From positions 192,001 to 256,000 of the forward strand of contig CAWJSK010000012.1 in the NCBI GenBank assembly GCA_963845535.1: 64,000 bases of DNA, read 5' to 3'. Each line of letters starts with the position of its first letter. The first letter of the stretch is position 1. The translations under genes and the position numbers were made by a program. Below the pieces are notes generated by a model, which was given only the letters and a program-made list of their open reading frames with translations, ran no database searches and was not told where the DNA came from. This DNA comes from an uncultured Spirochaetota bacterium. GTDB taxonomy: Bacteria; Spirochaetota; Spirochaetia; SZUA-6; Fen-1364. Below, piece by piece: positions 20,603 through 29,707 of this stretch.

Positions 20603-20922
20603 TTCAGCGCGTCCAAGTGCCCCAAGAGAATCTGGAGCGGCCTCAGGGTCGCCGGCACCCCGTTCCAAGACCATGTATGCCAAGCCTTGCCGAGGATTTG
20701 ATGCACCGACCAATTTGCTCCCTTGCCTGGCACAGGCGAGGAGAGAAAAAGGCGGGTAGCGTACCCGCCGTGCTGCTGCGGGCAAAGCAGCGCCTCCACC
20801 ACAGTGTCCCCGCCCGGCAGCTTCAGCTTAGGGAGGTGGAAATAGGGCACCCCGGCTTCTGTCATTTCTTCTGCTCCAGGGCATACTAGGCGTAACTCAG
20901 CTATGGCATGGTCGCTGGCCAT
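20599..20922 (-). CDS. Small prokaryotic E2/UBC-like protein
   Basis: 107 aa lying between the Ubl and JAB genes; LKLPGG..., GYATRLFL and ILGKAWHTWSW...LLGHL pattern resembles prokaryotic E2 family E. Confidence 0.68.
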   Translation of the reverse strand: MASDHAIAELRLVCPGAEEMTEAGVPYFHLPKLKLPGGDTVVEALLCPQQHGGYATRLFLSSPVPGKGANWSVHQILGKAWHTWSWNGVPATLRPLQILLGHLDALK

Positions 20923-21183
20923 CTATGCCGAGCCTCCCTGCCGGACGTGACTCACGAAAACTTCCCCACCCCTGAGCGTGATCCGCTGGTCGTCTTGCAG
21001 CGGCTGGAAGACGCCTTCGACCACTTGGTCCAGAGCCGCGTTTGCATCCACGCCTACTTCCCTTTTGAACTCAGCCACAACCCAGCTCCCGCGGTGAACG
21101 GTCTTGGGTTGCGTGTCGACCGTGACCACCACATCAGGACCGGTCTGCGGATGCTCCTTCACCTCTTGCTGTTCGCTGTCCAT
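20923..21183 (-). CDS. Ubiquitin-like (beta-grasp) protein with C-terminal GG-SA
   Basis: VVVTVDTQPKTVHRGSWVVAEFK...DDQRITLRGGEVFVSHVRQGGSA; GGAG RBS 7 nt before ATG at 21183; first gene of the operon. Confidence 0.8.
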   Translation of the reverse strand: MDSEQQEVKEHPQTGPDVVVTVDTQPKTVHRGSWVVAEFKREVGVDANAALDQVVEGVFQPLQDDQRITLRGGEVFVSHVRQGGSA

Positions 21184-21282
21184 GTACATGCTCCTGTTTG
21201 CAGCTTCAAAAAGCCGCATGATTTGTGAGGCACCGGCACCAAGTGCTGCGCCCCGGCTCGGCCAACGGCCGTATCCGGGGAA

Positions 21283-21395
21283 AGCATACCCCGGAACGGC
21301 ACTTCATGTCAACCATGCAAACTTATACTAAGGCATTAGGTTTGTATTACAAACATGTTTCCATGGTTGACATTTCTTATTGTTTGCGATAGCGT
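21283..21395. promoter_or_regulatory. Back-to-back sigma70-type promoters with palindromic operator
   Basis: Plus strand TTGACA (21367)-N17-TAGCGT; minus strand TTGACA (21312)-N18-TATGCT; 17-bp inverted repeat at 21306-22 and 21357-73; palindrome GTTTGTA-T-TACAAAC at 21340-54. Confidence 0.72.
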
Positions 21396-21401
21396 AGATG
21401 G

Positions 21402-21830
21402 ATGCCTGCAAGCAGCCTGACGGTATACCGCGCGTTCGGCAGGCGATTACGCGACGCAAGACGGAAAGCAGGGATGACCCAAGCTCGGCTTGCAAAGGCT
21501 GTGGAGATTTCAAGGACTTCGATTACCAACATCGAGGCCGGTCGGCAGCCCGTCTATCTCCATTTGTTCATGAGGCTCGCGGAAGTCCTTGGCTTGGCTG
21601 GAGCTGACTTGCTTCCCACGAGCACGGAGACGGAACCGTCGGGAGAGATGACCGAACTATTGAGCGGGCTGCCCTCAGACACGCGCGACTGGATCAATCG
21701 GGTCATCTCATCCCCTGAAGAAGGAGGACCCAATGCCGCCGAAATTCTCGCTCGCAAGACAGAGAGCCTCGGACCTTCTGGAGGAAGGCGCCGTACGAAA
21801 GACACCCGTGCCCGTCGAAAGACTCGCTAA
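21402..21830 (+). CDS. XRE/Cro-C1 HTH repressor (CapH-like)
   Basis: FGRRLRDARRKAGMTQARLAKAVEISRTSITNIEAGRQ. Confidence 0.88.
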   Translation: MPASSLTVYRAFGRRLRDARRKAGMTQARLAKAVEISRTSITNIEAGRQPVYLHLFMRLAEVLGLAGADLLPTSTETEPSGEMTELLSGLPSDTRDWINRVISSPEEGGPNAAEILARKTESLGPSGGRRRTKDTRARRKTR

Positions 21831-22257
21831 GCTTGTTGGCGCCTCGGTCAAATACGAAGACTTCGAGGGAAAGCTGTCTGGAATGGTTCACCGGAAACCC
21901 GATGGGACCGTCATCATCGGGGTGAATGGCAAACATGCTCCAACCCGACAGCGCTTCACAATCGCGCACGAGATCGGACATGTTTTGCTACACAAGAACG
22001 AGAAGCTTCATATAGACGAGAAATCCCCAATTGGCTTCCGTGACCAGAAGTCCGGCTTAGCTATAGACGACCAGGAGATCGAGGCCAACCAGTTCGCCGC
22101 GGAACTGCTCATGCCTCGTCCATTGCTCGAGAAGGACGTCGAGCGCTTGCCTGGAGACATCGAACTGAACGAAGCGATAGATCGGCTGGCCCATAAGTAC
22201 GAGGTTAGCGTTGAAGCGATGACGATTAGGCTAAACGCGCTGGGGTTCGTCTCATAG
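21733..22257 (+). CDS. ImmA/IrrE family Zn-metallopeptidase (CapP-like)
   Basis: RQRFTIAHEIGH (HExxH) and EIEANQFAAELLMP; AAGGAGG RBS. Confidence 0.92.
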   Translation: MPPKFSLARQRASDLLEEGAVRKTPVPVERLAKLVGASVKYEDFEGKLSGMVHRKPDGTVIIGVNGKHAPTRQRFTIAHEIGHVLLHKNEKLHIDEKSPIGFRDQKSGLAIDDQEIEANQFAAELLMPRPLLEKDVERLPGDIELNEAIDRLAHKYEVSVEAMTIRLNALGFVS

Positions 22258-22316
22258 AAACGCTCCCGACCGGCTGAGGGCAATCTTCAAACCGGGGCCA
22301 CATAAAGTCCTGCTAG

Positions 22317-23927
22317 GAGACCGTAGGGCGTAGAAGCGAGCTTCACCGTGTCGCGGGCTCCGATGGCCATCGCGTTTCCGCGGAAGCGTCGCCGCCTTCC
22401 ACGGGACTCCCGAAATGCGCTCTTCCGTCGGTGAAGCGTCATTCATCTTGGTTGCTATGCCGTGCAGGCGGCCAGGGAGGCGGGTTCAGGACCTTGGGTC
22501 GGCCGATGTCGGAACAGCTTCAGTAGATTGTGTGCGAGGCAGACGAACGCCCATTCCCGCCGAACCTTCGCCAATCTCACGCTGTGAGAAACGTCGAAAG
22601 CCTCGTGCCTGCTCGATCTGGCCAAAGACCGGCTCCACAATGACCTTCCGCCGGGAGTAAGCCGCCTTGCCTTTGACGGCATTCAGCTTCTCTCGCATGC
22701 AAGCTCTCTGCGTCTGGGCTGGAGTACGCACAGTTGCTGCCAGCGCTTGTTGAGCCTCCCCGCGGCCCACAGCGATATACGGCTCAACGTGGCGAGCCTG
22801 CAATTGCTGCACGCCCTCTGCGGAGAAGTACCCGCTATCGGCCAGCAGGGCCTGAGGAGGCTGACCCTCCAGGGCGAGCATCCGTTCGACCATCGGCACC
22901 AGGTACTCCTGGTCCGGAGCCTGATTGCTTACCCCGTGGGCAAGAATGACTTGGTGGGCTTCATCCACGACCACCTGCGCGTTGTAGGCATGAATGTAGG
23001 CTCCGTCCTTGACCATAATGCAGCTCTCCGGATCGGTGAAGTTGCGCTGCGCCGTCAGTGTGGGCTTTCCGTCCACCTCGCAGGCAACCCGATGCAAAGG
23101 TAGTTCCGGCTGCTCACCGCCCTTCTTGTCCCCCTCCTTCTTCTCGGGGGCGATCGCATCGGCTTGTTGTGTGGCCTGCTCTGCGCGCGTACGCGAACGC
23201 TTGCGTTCGTGATCCGGCAGTGATTCGTCATCGGCCTTGGTGCGTTGCTGTTCGGCTTGCTCGCGTAACTGCCCCGCCCGGTTCTCGGCGGCCTCCTTCT
23301 CCAGTTCCGCGCGAGCCTCGTGTAACCGCTGCAGACGCGTCTCCCGTCGGGCCGTTCCGCCGGCAAATCCTCCTTATCCTGACCGGACCCATATAGCTCG
23401 TCTTCTTTCCTATCGGCCTGCTCGGCGCGTCGAAGCAACTCCGCCACCTGTCGCTGCAGGCGTGACTCTTCCTCGTTCATTCGTTTGTAGCTCATCGCTT
23501 TGTGCTTGCTCGCCGCCGCTTTGATCTTTGCCCCATCCAGCGCCACCAGCCCCAACTTCACCAGTCCGGCGGCTTGGCACAACCGCAGCCCCTCGACGAA
23601 CAGTCTGCCCAGCGATTCCCCGTGATCAAGTCGAAACTGGTTGATCGTTGTGAAATGCGGATACTCTCCGCCGCTGATCACTCGAAAGGCCACATCCTCA
23701 TAAGTGGCCCGTGCAATGCGCCGCGAGGAATAGATCCCGACGCTGTAACCGTAGAGCAACAACCCCACCATCATCCCGATCGCATAGGGCCGTTCTCCCC
23801 GAGGATTCTTCTGGTGGACTTCCTGAGCGATCTCCCCCAGATTCAATTGCTCCACCACATCCAGGATGAAATAGGCCAGATGACTCGCGGGCAGCCAGTC
23901 CATCGGAGAAGGGGGCAACAGGTACTG
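22317..23927 (-). mobile_element. Degenerate IS1182 family element: 5'-truncated transposase pseudogene with at least two frameshifts
   Basis: QYLLPPSPMDWLPASHLAYFI, ALDGAKIKAAASKHKAMSY, NFTDPES, LADSGYFS, RKVIVEPVFGQI; frameshifts near 23350 and 22580; probable end ...GGTCTCCTAG near 22313-22322. Confidence 0.85.
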
Positions 23928-24656
23928 GTTGAAGAAGATCACATCCGGCGTGCCGCTCAAGGATGCTGCCTGCAGGATGGCACCGTCCGAGGGCGCAAGA
24001 GCGAGGATCTTTCCTGCGTCGCAGGCGCAATACAGGATCTGCCCGTCCGCGTCCAGGTCAAGGCCGTGCGGGCCAGCGGCAGGGACAGTCAGCTCGCGCG
24101 TCACCTTGTCAGGATGCGCCGCCTCCACCACCAGGATCCGGGGCGGGTCGGCGATATTGACGTAGAAGAGGTCCTCGGGAGGATCGAATACTGTCCAGCG
24201 CGTCCGTCCCGGGACGAGGATTGAGTGAATCATCTTCTGGCGCGTGATGTCCACCACGGAGAGCGTAAAAGAGCCGGCCTCGTCAGGGCTGCCCACGTTG
24301 GCAGCAAGAAGCAGGCCGCGCCGCGGGTCAAAGGAAAGGCCGTTGGGGCGGACGCCAACGGGGACCTTGAAACGCCCCTGCTCATTGCCAGGTGCGAAAA
24401 CGGACACCATATCCTCGCCCCGGTTGGATGTGAAAACGAGGTCCCTCTCCTCTGAAACCAACGCACCGGCTGCGCCGGTCAGCCCGGGAACGGAGCGCAG
24501 AAATTGGCCCGATGCGCAATCGATCACATCCACGGCATCGTTGGCGGTGTGGGCCACGTACAGGAGGTTCTTCCCGCCGTGCACGGCCGCATGGTCGAAA
24601 CCTCCCGGAGCGTGATGCTCGGGCAGGTCGACGAACCGCAGGGACCGAAGGCCCAT
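23928..24656 (-). pseudogene. YncE-like beta-propeller gene, 3'-truncated and fused in frame to the IS1182 transposase
   Basis: GGFDHAAV...LLYVAHTANDAVDVID, VPVGVRPNGLSFD and GPHGLDLD blade repeats; sequence switches to transposase after TPDVIFFN. Confidence 0.75.
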
Positions 24657-24758
24657 CACTGCCACCCGCGCATGACTACTTCTTCGCCACCTGCAGACGG
24701 CACCACGCGTACAGCGCGGTCGGTACACGTATCACCTACTGGAATCACACAGCTTCAT

Positions 24759-24798
24759 GACGCACGGCTTCCCTCGCCGCCCTTGCCGCCTCCCCCTC
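24759..24798 (+). repeat. Degenerate partial copy of the island repeat 5' end
   Basis: GACGCACGGCTTCCCTCGCCGCCCTTGCCGCCTCCCCCTC compared with GACGCTACGGGCTTCCCTCGCCCCCCTTGCCGCCCCCC... at 11870. Confidence 0.75.
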
Positions 24799-24919
24799 TT
24801 GATGCGTTGATTGACAGCAAAGGAGGTATTATGCTCCAAATGCAATTAGAGACGAAGTGTGTCCCTAACAACACTTGTAATGTATCTGGCCGGAGCCTCA
24901 ATATGAACGATCCTTTCGG

Positions 24920-25146
24920 GTGAGAAAATAGCTCGCGGATTGAGCGCCAGAGAGCGCGCCGTGCTCGCCACGTTCATGCGGAAGGGCCGCGTTACCGTCG
25001 ATGGCAAGGACGTGGCAAAGGAGTTCGAGCTCAGCCGGCCTCTCGCCAACAAGATCCTTATGCGCTTGGAGCGGAAGGGCTGGCTTCAGGGAGGGAAACG
25101 TGGGGTCTATATCTTCGTCCCTCTGTCCGAAGCACTCACGCAGTAG
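24920..25146 (+). pseudogene. Remnant of an AbiEi-like (type IV TA antitoxin) N-terminal winged helix
   Basis: GLSARERAVLA...LANKILMRLERKGWLQGGKRGVYIFVPL followed by an early stop. Confidence 0.55.
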
Positions 25147-25195
25147 GCCCACGTGCAGACCCTGGAGCAGGTAGCAGCTCAAGTATTCCGGCGGC

Positions 25196-25582
25196 TCATT
25201 CTCCCGCGATTTCTTTTCTCTCATTCTCTTTGATCCTGAACTCGACGATCTTCTTTATCAGGCCCAATGGAAGATCCGAGCGATAGGGAAACTGAATTGT
25301 TCCGCGCCCGCTCTGTTTGTATCCCCTCAGCTCATCGTGGAATTTGTCGAAAACCGTTATGCTCGCCGGGTAGAAACCGATATGTTTCTTGAAAGCGCAA
25401 AAGTAAACCAATCTTCCTTTGTAAAAGAAGGCGGGCATGTCGTAACTGATCCTGCCCTCCGCGTGTGGTGTCGCCTTGCGGATGACCCTGCAAATCGCGT
25501 CCAATCTCTTTCGAGCTTCTTCATCCTGGCTCAAAAGATACTCATCGATTGACGCAAAGCCGGATTTCGTAGGCTTTTTCAT
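25196..25582 (-). CDS. DUF1801/YdhG-like (iron chaperone family) protein
   Basis: SIDEYL...ISYDMPAFFYKGRLVYFCAFKKHIGFYP...GTIQFPY..DLPLGLIKKIV. Confidence 0.88.
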   Translation of the reverse strand: MKKPTKSGFASIDEYLLSQDEEARKRLDAICRVIRKATPHAEGRISYDMPAFFYKGRLVYFCAFKKHIGFYPASITVFDKFHDELRGYKQSGRGTIQFPYRSDLPLGLIKKIVEFRIKENERKEIAGE

Positions 25583-27561
25583 ATCCTTGTGCCTCCGCGC
25601 GACAGTCTGATGGCGCGCCAGGCAACCGTCGCAACCCATGAATAATCGACTACTACTATGAGCCTGTCCGTAAGACCCACATACCCAATGACGCCGGCGG
25701 GGGCATGTGCCGTCGGCCCCGCGCTGGGGTCCATCTTGATGCCGGCCAACTGAAAAGAGAGGATCAGGACGACAAAGCTCCCCGCGAACAATGCCACGGC
25801 TATCCATGTCAAGTTGGCCAACCAAAGAAGAGGTCTCTTTGCGACAGACCACCCCGGCGAACGACTGAGAACCGAGGTTGTCAGCATCGCGGCAACAGGC
25901 AGACCAAAAATTCCGAGATAACCGGCCACGTCATGCAGCGGATGGTTGATATCAAACAAGGTTGCCATGGCAGTGCCTGCGCCGGCAACGAAAAGGAAGA
26001 CAAGACCTACCTTGAAGATTGCTTTCCTCTTCTGCCCCCAGATTCCAACAAGGAGGGCCCACTCGCTGGTCCCCCAACACGCGAACATGAGGGACAGTAT
26101 CGAGCCGTATCTCCCGTTTGCGTATTCGCTGATCATGCGCCATGAAGGGTCGAACTCCGGACTCACCACGTGCAGGAGGGCCAGAAGAACCAGCGCGCCT
26201 GCCGCTGCCCCAATTGCTATCCAATTTGCGACCCGTGCAGACCTGGTTAGAGTTCGCGAGAAAATAACTGGAACATGTTTGATGTGTGTGCTATATTCCG
26301 GGTGTGACACGACTCCAGATGATCCGCAGGAAGTATAGGACCCTGAAGGCGTCGCTCAACGAACGCGGCCGCCGGATTTGGGCTGTCACGGAAGCTCAAT
26401 CGCTGGGATATGGAGGCGCCTCGCTGGTCGCTCGGGCCACTGGTATCTCGCGGAGTACGATTATCCGAGGGTCACAGGAGATCCGAGAGAAGACGAGCGC
26501 CGATAGGGGTCGTGTCCGGCGGACTGGTGGCGGGCGCAAGAAAGCCACCGCGATCGACGCGAAGTTGCGAGCTGCCTTGGAGCGACTGGTGGACCCGGTG
26601 AGCCGGGGGATCCAGAGTCCGCACTAAGGTGGACATGCAAGAGCACGCGGCGCTTGGCCAGCGAATTGACGGCGCAGGGTCATGCAGGTAGTGAATGGCT
26701 GGTGCGACAGCTGCTCTATGAGTTGCACTACAGCCTCCAGGCAAACCGCAAGACCAAGGAGGGAGGCCGACATCCGGATCGGGACGCACAGTTTCGGCAC
26801 ATCAACGCTGGGGTGAGCCGGCAGGTGGGACTCCGGCAACCGGCGATCTCGGTGGACGCGAAGAAAAAGGAATTGGTGGGGAACTTCAAGAACGGTGGGC
26901 GAGAGTGGCGTCCTCGGGGGAGTCCGCACCAGGTCAAAGTCCACGATTTCATCGACAAGACCAAGGGGAAGGTCATTCCCTACGGCGTGTATGATCTACG
27001 GCTGAATCGAGGCTGGGTGTCGGTGGGGATCGACCACGAGACGGCATCCTTCGCGGTGAACACAATCTTGCACTGGTGGAGGAAGATGGGATCAAGGGAG
27101 TATCCGCGGGCCAGATCACTGTTGATCGTCGCCGACAGCGGTGGGAGCAACGGCAATCGAGTCCGGCTGTGGAAGTGGGAGCTCCAGCGGCTTGCCGATG
27201 TAACGGGCCTGATCGTTCGCGTCTGTCATCTGCCCCCGGGGACGAGCAAGTGGAACAAAATCGAACACCGACTGTTCTCGTTCATCAGCCGCAATTGGCG
27301 GGGCCAGCCACTACTAACGCACGCGATGATCGTGGAACTGATTGCGAACACGCGAACCTCTACTGGCCTGAGTGTACGATGTATTCTGGATACCAAGCGC
27401 TATCCCAAGAAGATTCAGGTCAGCGACGAACAGCTCGCCGCCGTCCGTTTGAAACCCGATGATTTCCACGGGGAGTGGAACTACTCAATCCTGCCTCATC
27501 CCAAATGAGATGATGCAGTTATTTTCTCGCGAAGACTTAGTTCGATGTTGTTGTCTGCCAC
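25579..27561 (-). pseudogene. DUF998 membrane protein gene interrupted near its start by ISAzo13
   Basis: LHVVSPEFDPSWRMISEYANG motif; removing the IS restores GTG(27561)-ADNNIELTRSARVANW... with a GGAG RBS. Confidence 0.8.
26250..27536 (+). mobile_element. ISAzo13 family insertion sequence (1287 bp); transposase frameshifted in a G-run near 26605
   Basis: 21-bp IRs GAGTTCGCGAGAAAATAACTG / GTCTTCGCGAGAAAATAACTG; TTA direct repeat; motifs HPDRDAQF, ISVDAKKKELVG, ADSGGSNG and PPGTSKWNKIEHRLF. Confidence 0.93.
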
Positions 27562-27608
27562 ACCTCTGCTCCTTTCCAAAGAGTTGTCACTTCTGCGCGT
27601 CCAGCGTG

Positions 27609-27639
27609 TAGTCGGAGCAGCTCCGCAGTTCTCTACATC
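27609..27639 (-). promoter_or_regulatory. Putative ECF-dependent promoter upstream of DUF998-DUF1801
   Basis: GATGTAGAGAACT-N8-GCTCCGACTA, a near copy of the motif at 29360-29390. Confidence 0.6.
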
Positions 27640-28922
27640 GTCCTGGAAAGAGGAGTGGAGTGCTCTTCCGACGGTTGTGGCTCACCGGAGAGTCGCGCTG
27701 CCTGCAAGAGAAGGTAGTTGCGTTCCTGCAGGTTCTCCGTTTTGGTTGCCGCAGCGCGGTAAAGCTCTATGGCGCCGGCGCGGTCTCCAGAGAGCTCCAG
27801 CAAATGCGCTCGGGCCGCATCGAGGCGGTGATGCTCCGCGAGACGCGGATCAACTTCGAGACCGTCCATCAGCTTCAGTCCCGCTGCTGCGCCATGAACC
27901 ATTGCGGCCGCGATGGCATGATTCAAACCGACTATCGGGTTGTCAGACATTCTCCTGAGCAGATCATAGAGGGCAAGGATCTGCGGCCAGTCGGTCTCTT
28001 CGACATTGGTGGCTTCGTCGTGGAGGGCGGCGATTGCGGCCTGCAGTTGATAGGGACCGACCGACCCTTTCGGCAGCGCCTTCGAGATGAGTGCAATTCC
28101 TTCGGCGATCTCCTCCTTGTCCCAAAGTGTCCTGTCCTGTTGATCAAGCGGGATGAGCTCGCCCTCCGCCCCTGTCCGAGCAAGACGGCGGGCATCAGTC
28201 AGCAGCATCAGCGCAAGCAATCCGGCAACCTCCGGCTCGCCCGGTTGGAGACTGTGGACCATCCGCGTCAAGCGTATCGCCTCATGCGACAGGTCATCTC
28301 GGCGGAGTGCGGATCCGCCGCTGGTGGTGTAGCCCTCATTGAAGACGAGGTAAAGGACGTGGAGGACTGCGCGAAGACGCTCCACTTTCTCCTCGGGAGT
28401 CGGCAGTTGGAACGGAACGCCAGAGCTCTTGATGGTTTGCTTGGCCCGGCTGATCCGCTGCGCCATGGTCGCTTCGGGCACGAGAAAAGCGTGCGCGATC
28501 TCCGCGGTTGTCAATCCGCCCACCGCCCGCAGGGTGAGCGCAATGGCGGATGCGCTGGTCAGGGAGGGATGGCAGCACATGATGAGAAGCGCCAGGCTGT
28601 CGTCTTCCTGGGGCGAACGCTCGATTGCGGACTGCTCTTGAGCGGGATATGTCTCCGCGGCCGTCCCACTTTCGCGACGACGGCGGGCGGACTCGCTGCG
28701 GATCTGATCGACCATTCGCCGGGAAGCGACCTTTACAAGCCATGCCAGCGGATTGTCCGGCAAACCCTTGCGCTGCCACTGGCCTGCCGCGGCAACGAAC
28801 GCTTCCTGGACTGCGTCCTCCGCAGCCTCGAAGTCATGGAATCTTCGCACGACAATCCCGAGCACCTGTGGGGTCAAGTCCCGCAACAGGTGCTCGAGCG
28901 AAAAGTCTGGCCCTTTCGTCAT
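27633..28922 (-). CDS. ECF sigma factor with C-terminal TPR-like extension (ECF42 type)
   Basis: AEDAVQEAF, CCHPSL...ALTLR..GGLTTAEIA.AFLV.E.TMAQRISRAK, YLVFNEGY and GPYQLQAAIAALH; downstream of a DGPF gene. Confidence 0.92.
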   Translation of the reverse strand: MTKGPDFSLEHLLRDLTPQVLGIVVRRFHDFEAAEDAVQEAFVAAAGQWQRKGLPDNPLAWLVKVASRRMVDQIRSESARRRRESGTAAETYPAQEQSAIERSPQEDDSLALLIMCCHPSLTSASAIALTLRAVGGLTTAEIAHAFLVPEATMAQRISRAKQTIKSSGVPFQLPTPEEKVERLRAVLHVLYLVFNEGYTTSGGSALRRDDLSHEAIRLTRMVHSLQPGEPEVAGLLALMLLTDARRLARTGAEGELIPLDQQDRTLWDKEEIAEGIALISKALPKGSVGPYQLQAAIAALHDEATNVEETDWPQILALYDLLRRMSDNPIVGLNHAIAAAMVHGAAAGLKLMDGLEVDPRLAEHHRLDAARAHLLELSGDRAGAIELYRAAATKTENLQERNYLLLQAARLSGEPQPSEEHSTPLSRTM

Positions 28923-29311
28923 TGCCACTCTTCAGGCGCGCGATCCATCACCGGCCGGACCTCAATGGGCATCGTTGCTCGGCCTTTTGGTCCTGGTCCG
29001 GCCGACGCCCGGGCGGCGATCCTGTATGCCTCTTCTGGACTCTCGACGTCGACAATCCAGAATCCGGCAAGGAACTCCTTGGATTCGGGAAAGACCCCGT
29101 CAGTGATAGGCTCGCCATTGCTTCCTGCGCGAACCATCCTGGCCTTATCGGCAAACGCCAGGCCCTCGGTAAGGACGAGCACTCCCGAGTCCCCAAGCTC
29201 CTTGGCGAACTTCCGCATGAAGGCAACCTGCGCGCGGAGCTCCTCCTTGGACAGTCTCAGGTACGATTCGAAGTCGCGTTTCGTGCCAGCCATCATGAGC
29301 ATGTACTTCAT
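28919..29311 (-). CDS. YciI/DGPF family protein
   Basis: MKYMLMM...ITDGVFPESKEFLAGFWIVDV...IEVRPV. Confidence 0.92.
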   Translation of the reverse strand: MKYMLMMAGTKRDFESYLRLSKEELRAQVAFMRKFAKELGDSGVLVLTEGLAFADKARMVRAGSNGEPITDGVFPESKEFLAGFWIVDVESPEEAYRIAARASAGPGPKGRATMPIEVRPVMDRAPEEWQ

Positions 29312-29359
29312 GATCCCTTCCTCCTATCCTGCGGCGCCTTTCTGGCGCGTTTTCTGGCA

Positions 29360-29390
29360 TAGTCGGAGCTGAATTGTAGTTCTCGACATC
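29360..29390 (-). promoter_or_regulatory. Putative autoregulatory ECF42 promoter
   Basis: TGTCGA-N17-CGAC on the minus strand, about 50 nt upstream of the DGPF gene. Confidence 0.65.
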
Positions 29391-29707
29391 CCTTCATAAT
29401 CATTCTGATCGTCCCACGGTCGCGCTTTGCGCCCGGTTTCCTTCCCAAACCAAAATACCGCACGTCACGTGGGACCGCCAAACGGCAGTTAGAAAAGTGG
29501 AGCGGTTTGTCAGGCATGGCAAGAGCTGGTGGCAGCGAGAGGGCCCTTCGCCGCGCGCAACAAAGTCTGCGTATTGATCCAGCAACTGGTACGCCTCATC
29601 GCAGCCTGATGTAAGAAATGGCTCCCACCGCGCGTCAAGAAAGTGCTGGTGAACGGAAACGACGGCTCGCATGACCCGCCAAATAGCCGCCAGCACAGGG
29701 AGGATCT

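Noticed and set aside
19296..22257. CBASS (Cap2/Cap3) or ThiS/MoaD sulfur-carrier operon
   Set aside because: No CD-NTase or effector gene is present, E1 and E2 are separate, and there are no rhodanese, cysteine synthase or cofactor-synthesis genes in the operon.
8540..29700. Prophage or ICE as the carrier of the island
   Set aside because: No integrase, tRNA target, phage structural or conjugation genes were seen, and I could not identify flanking att repeats.
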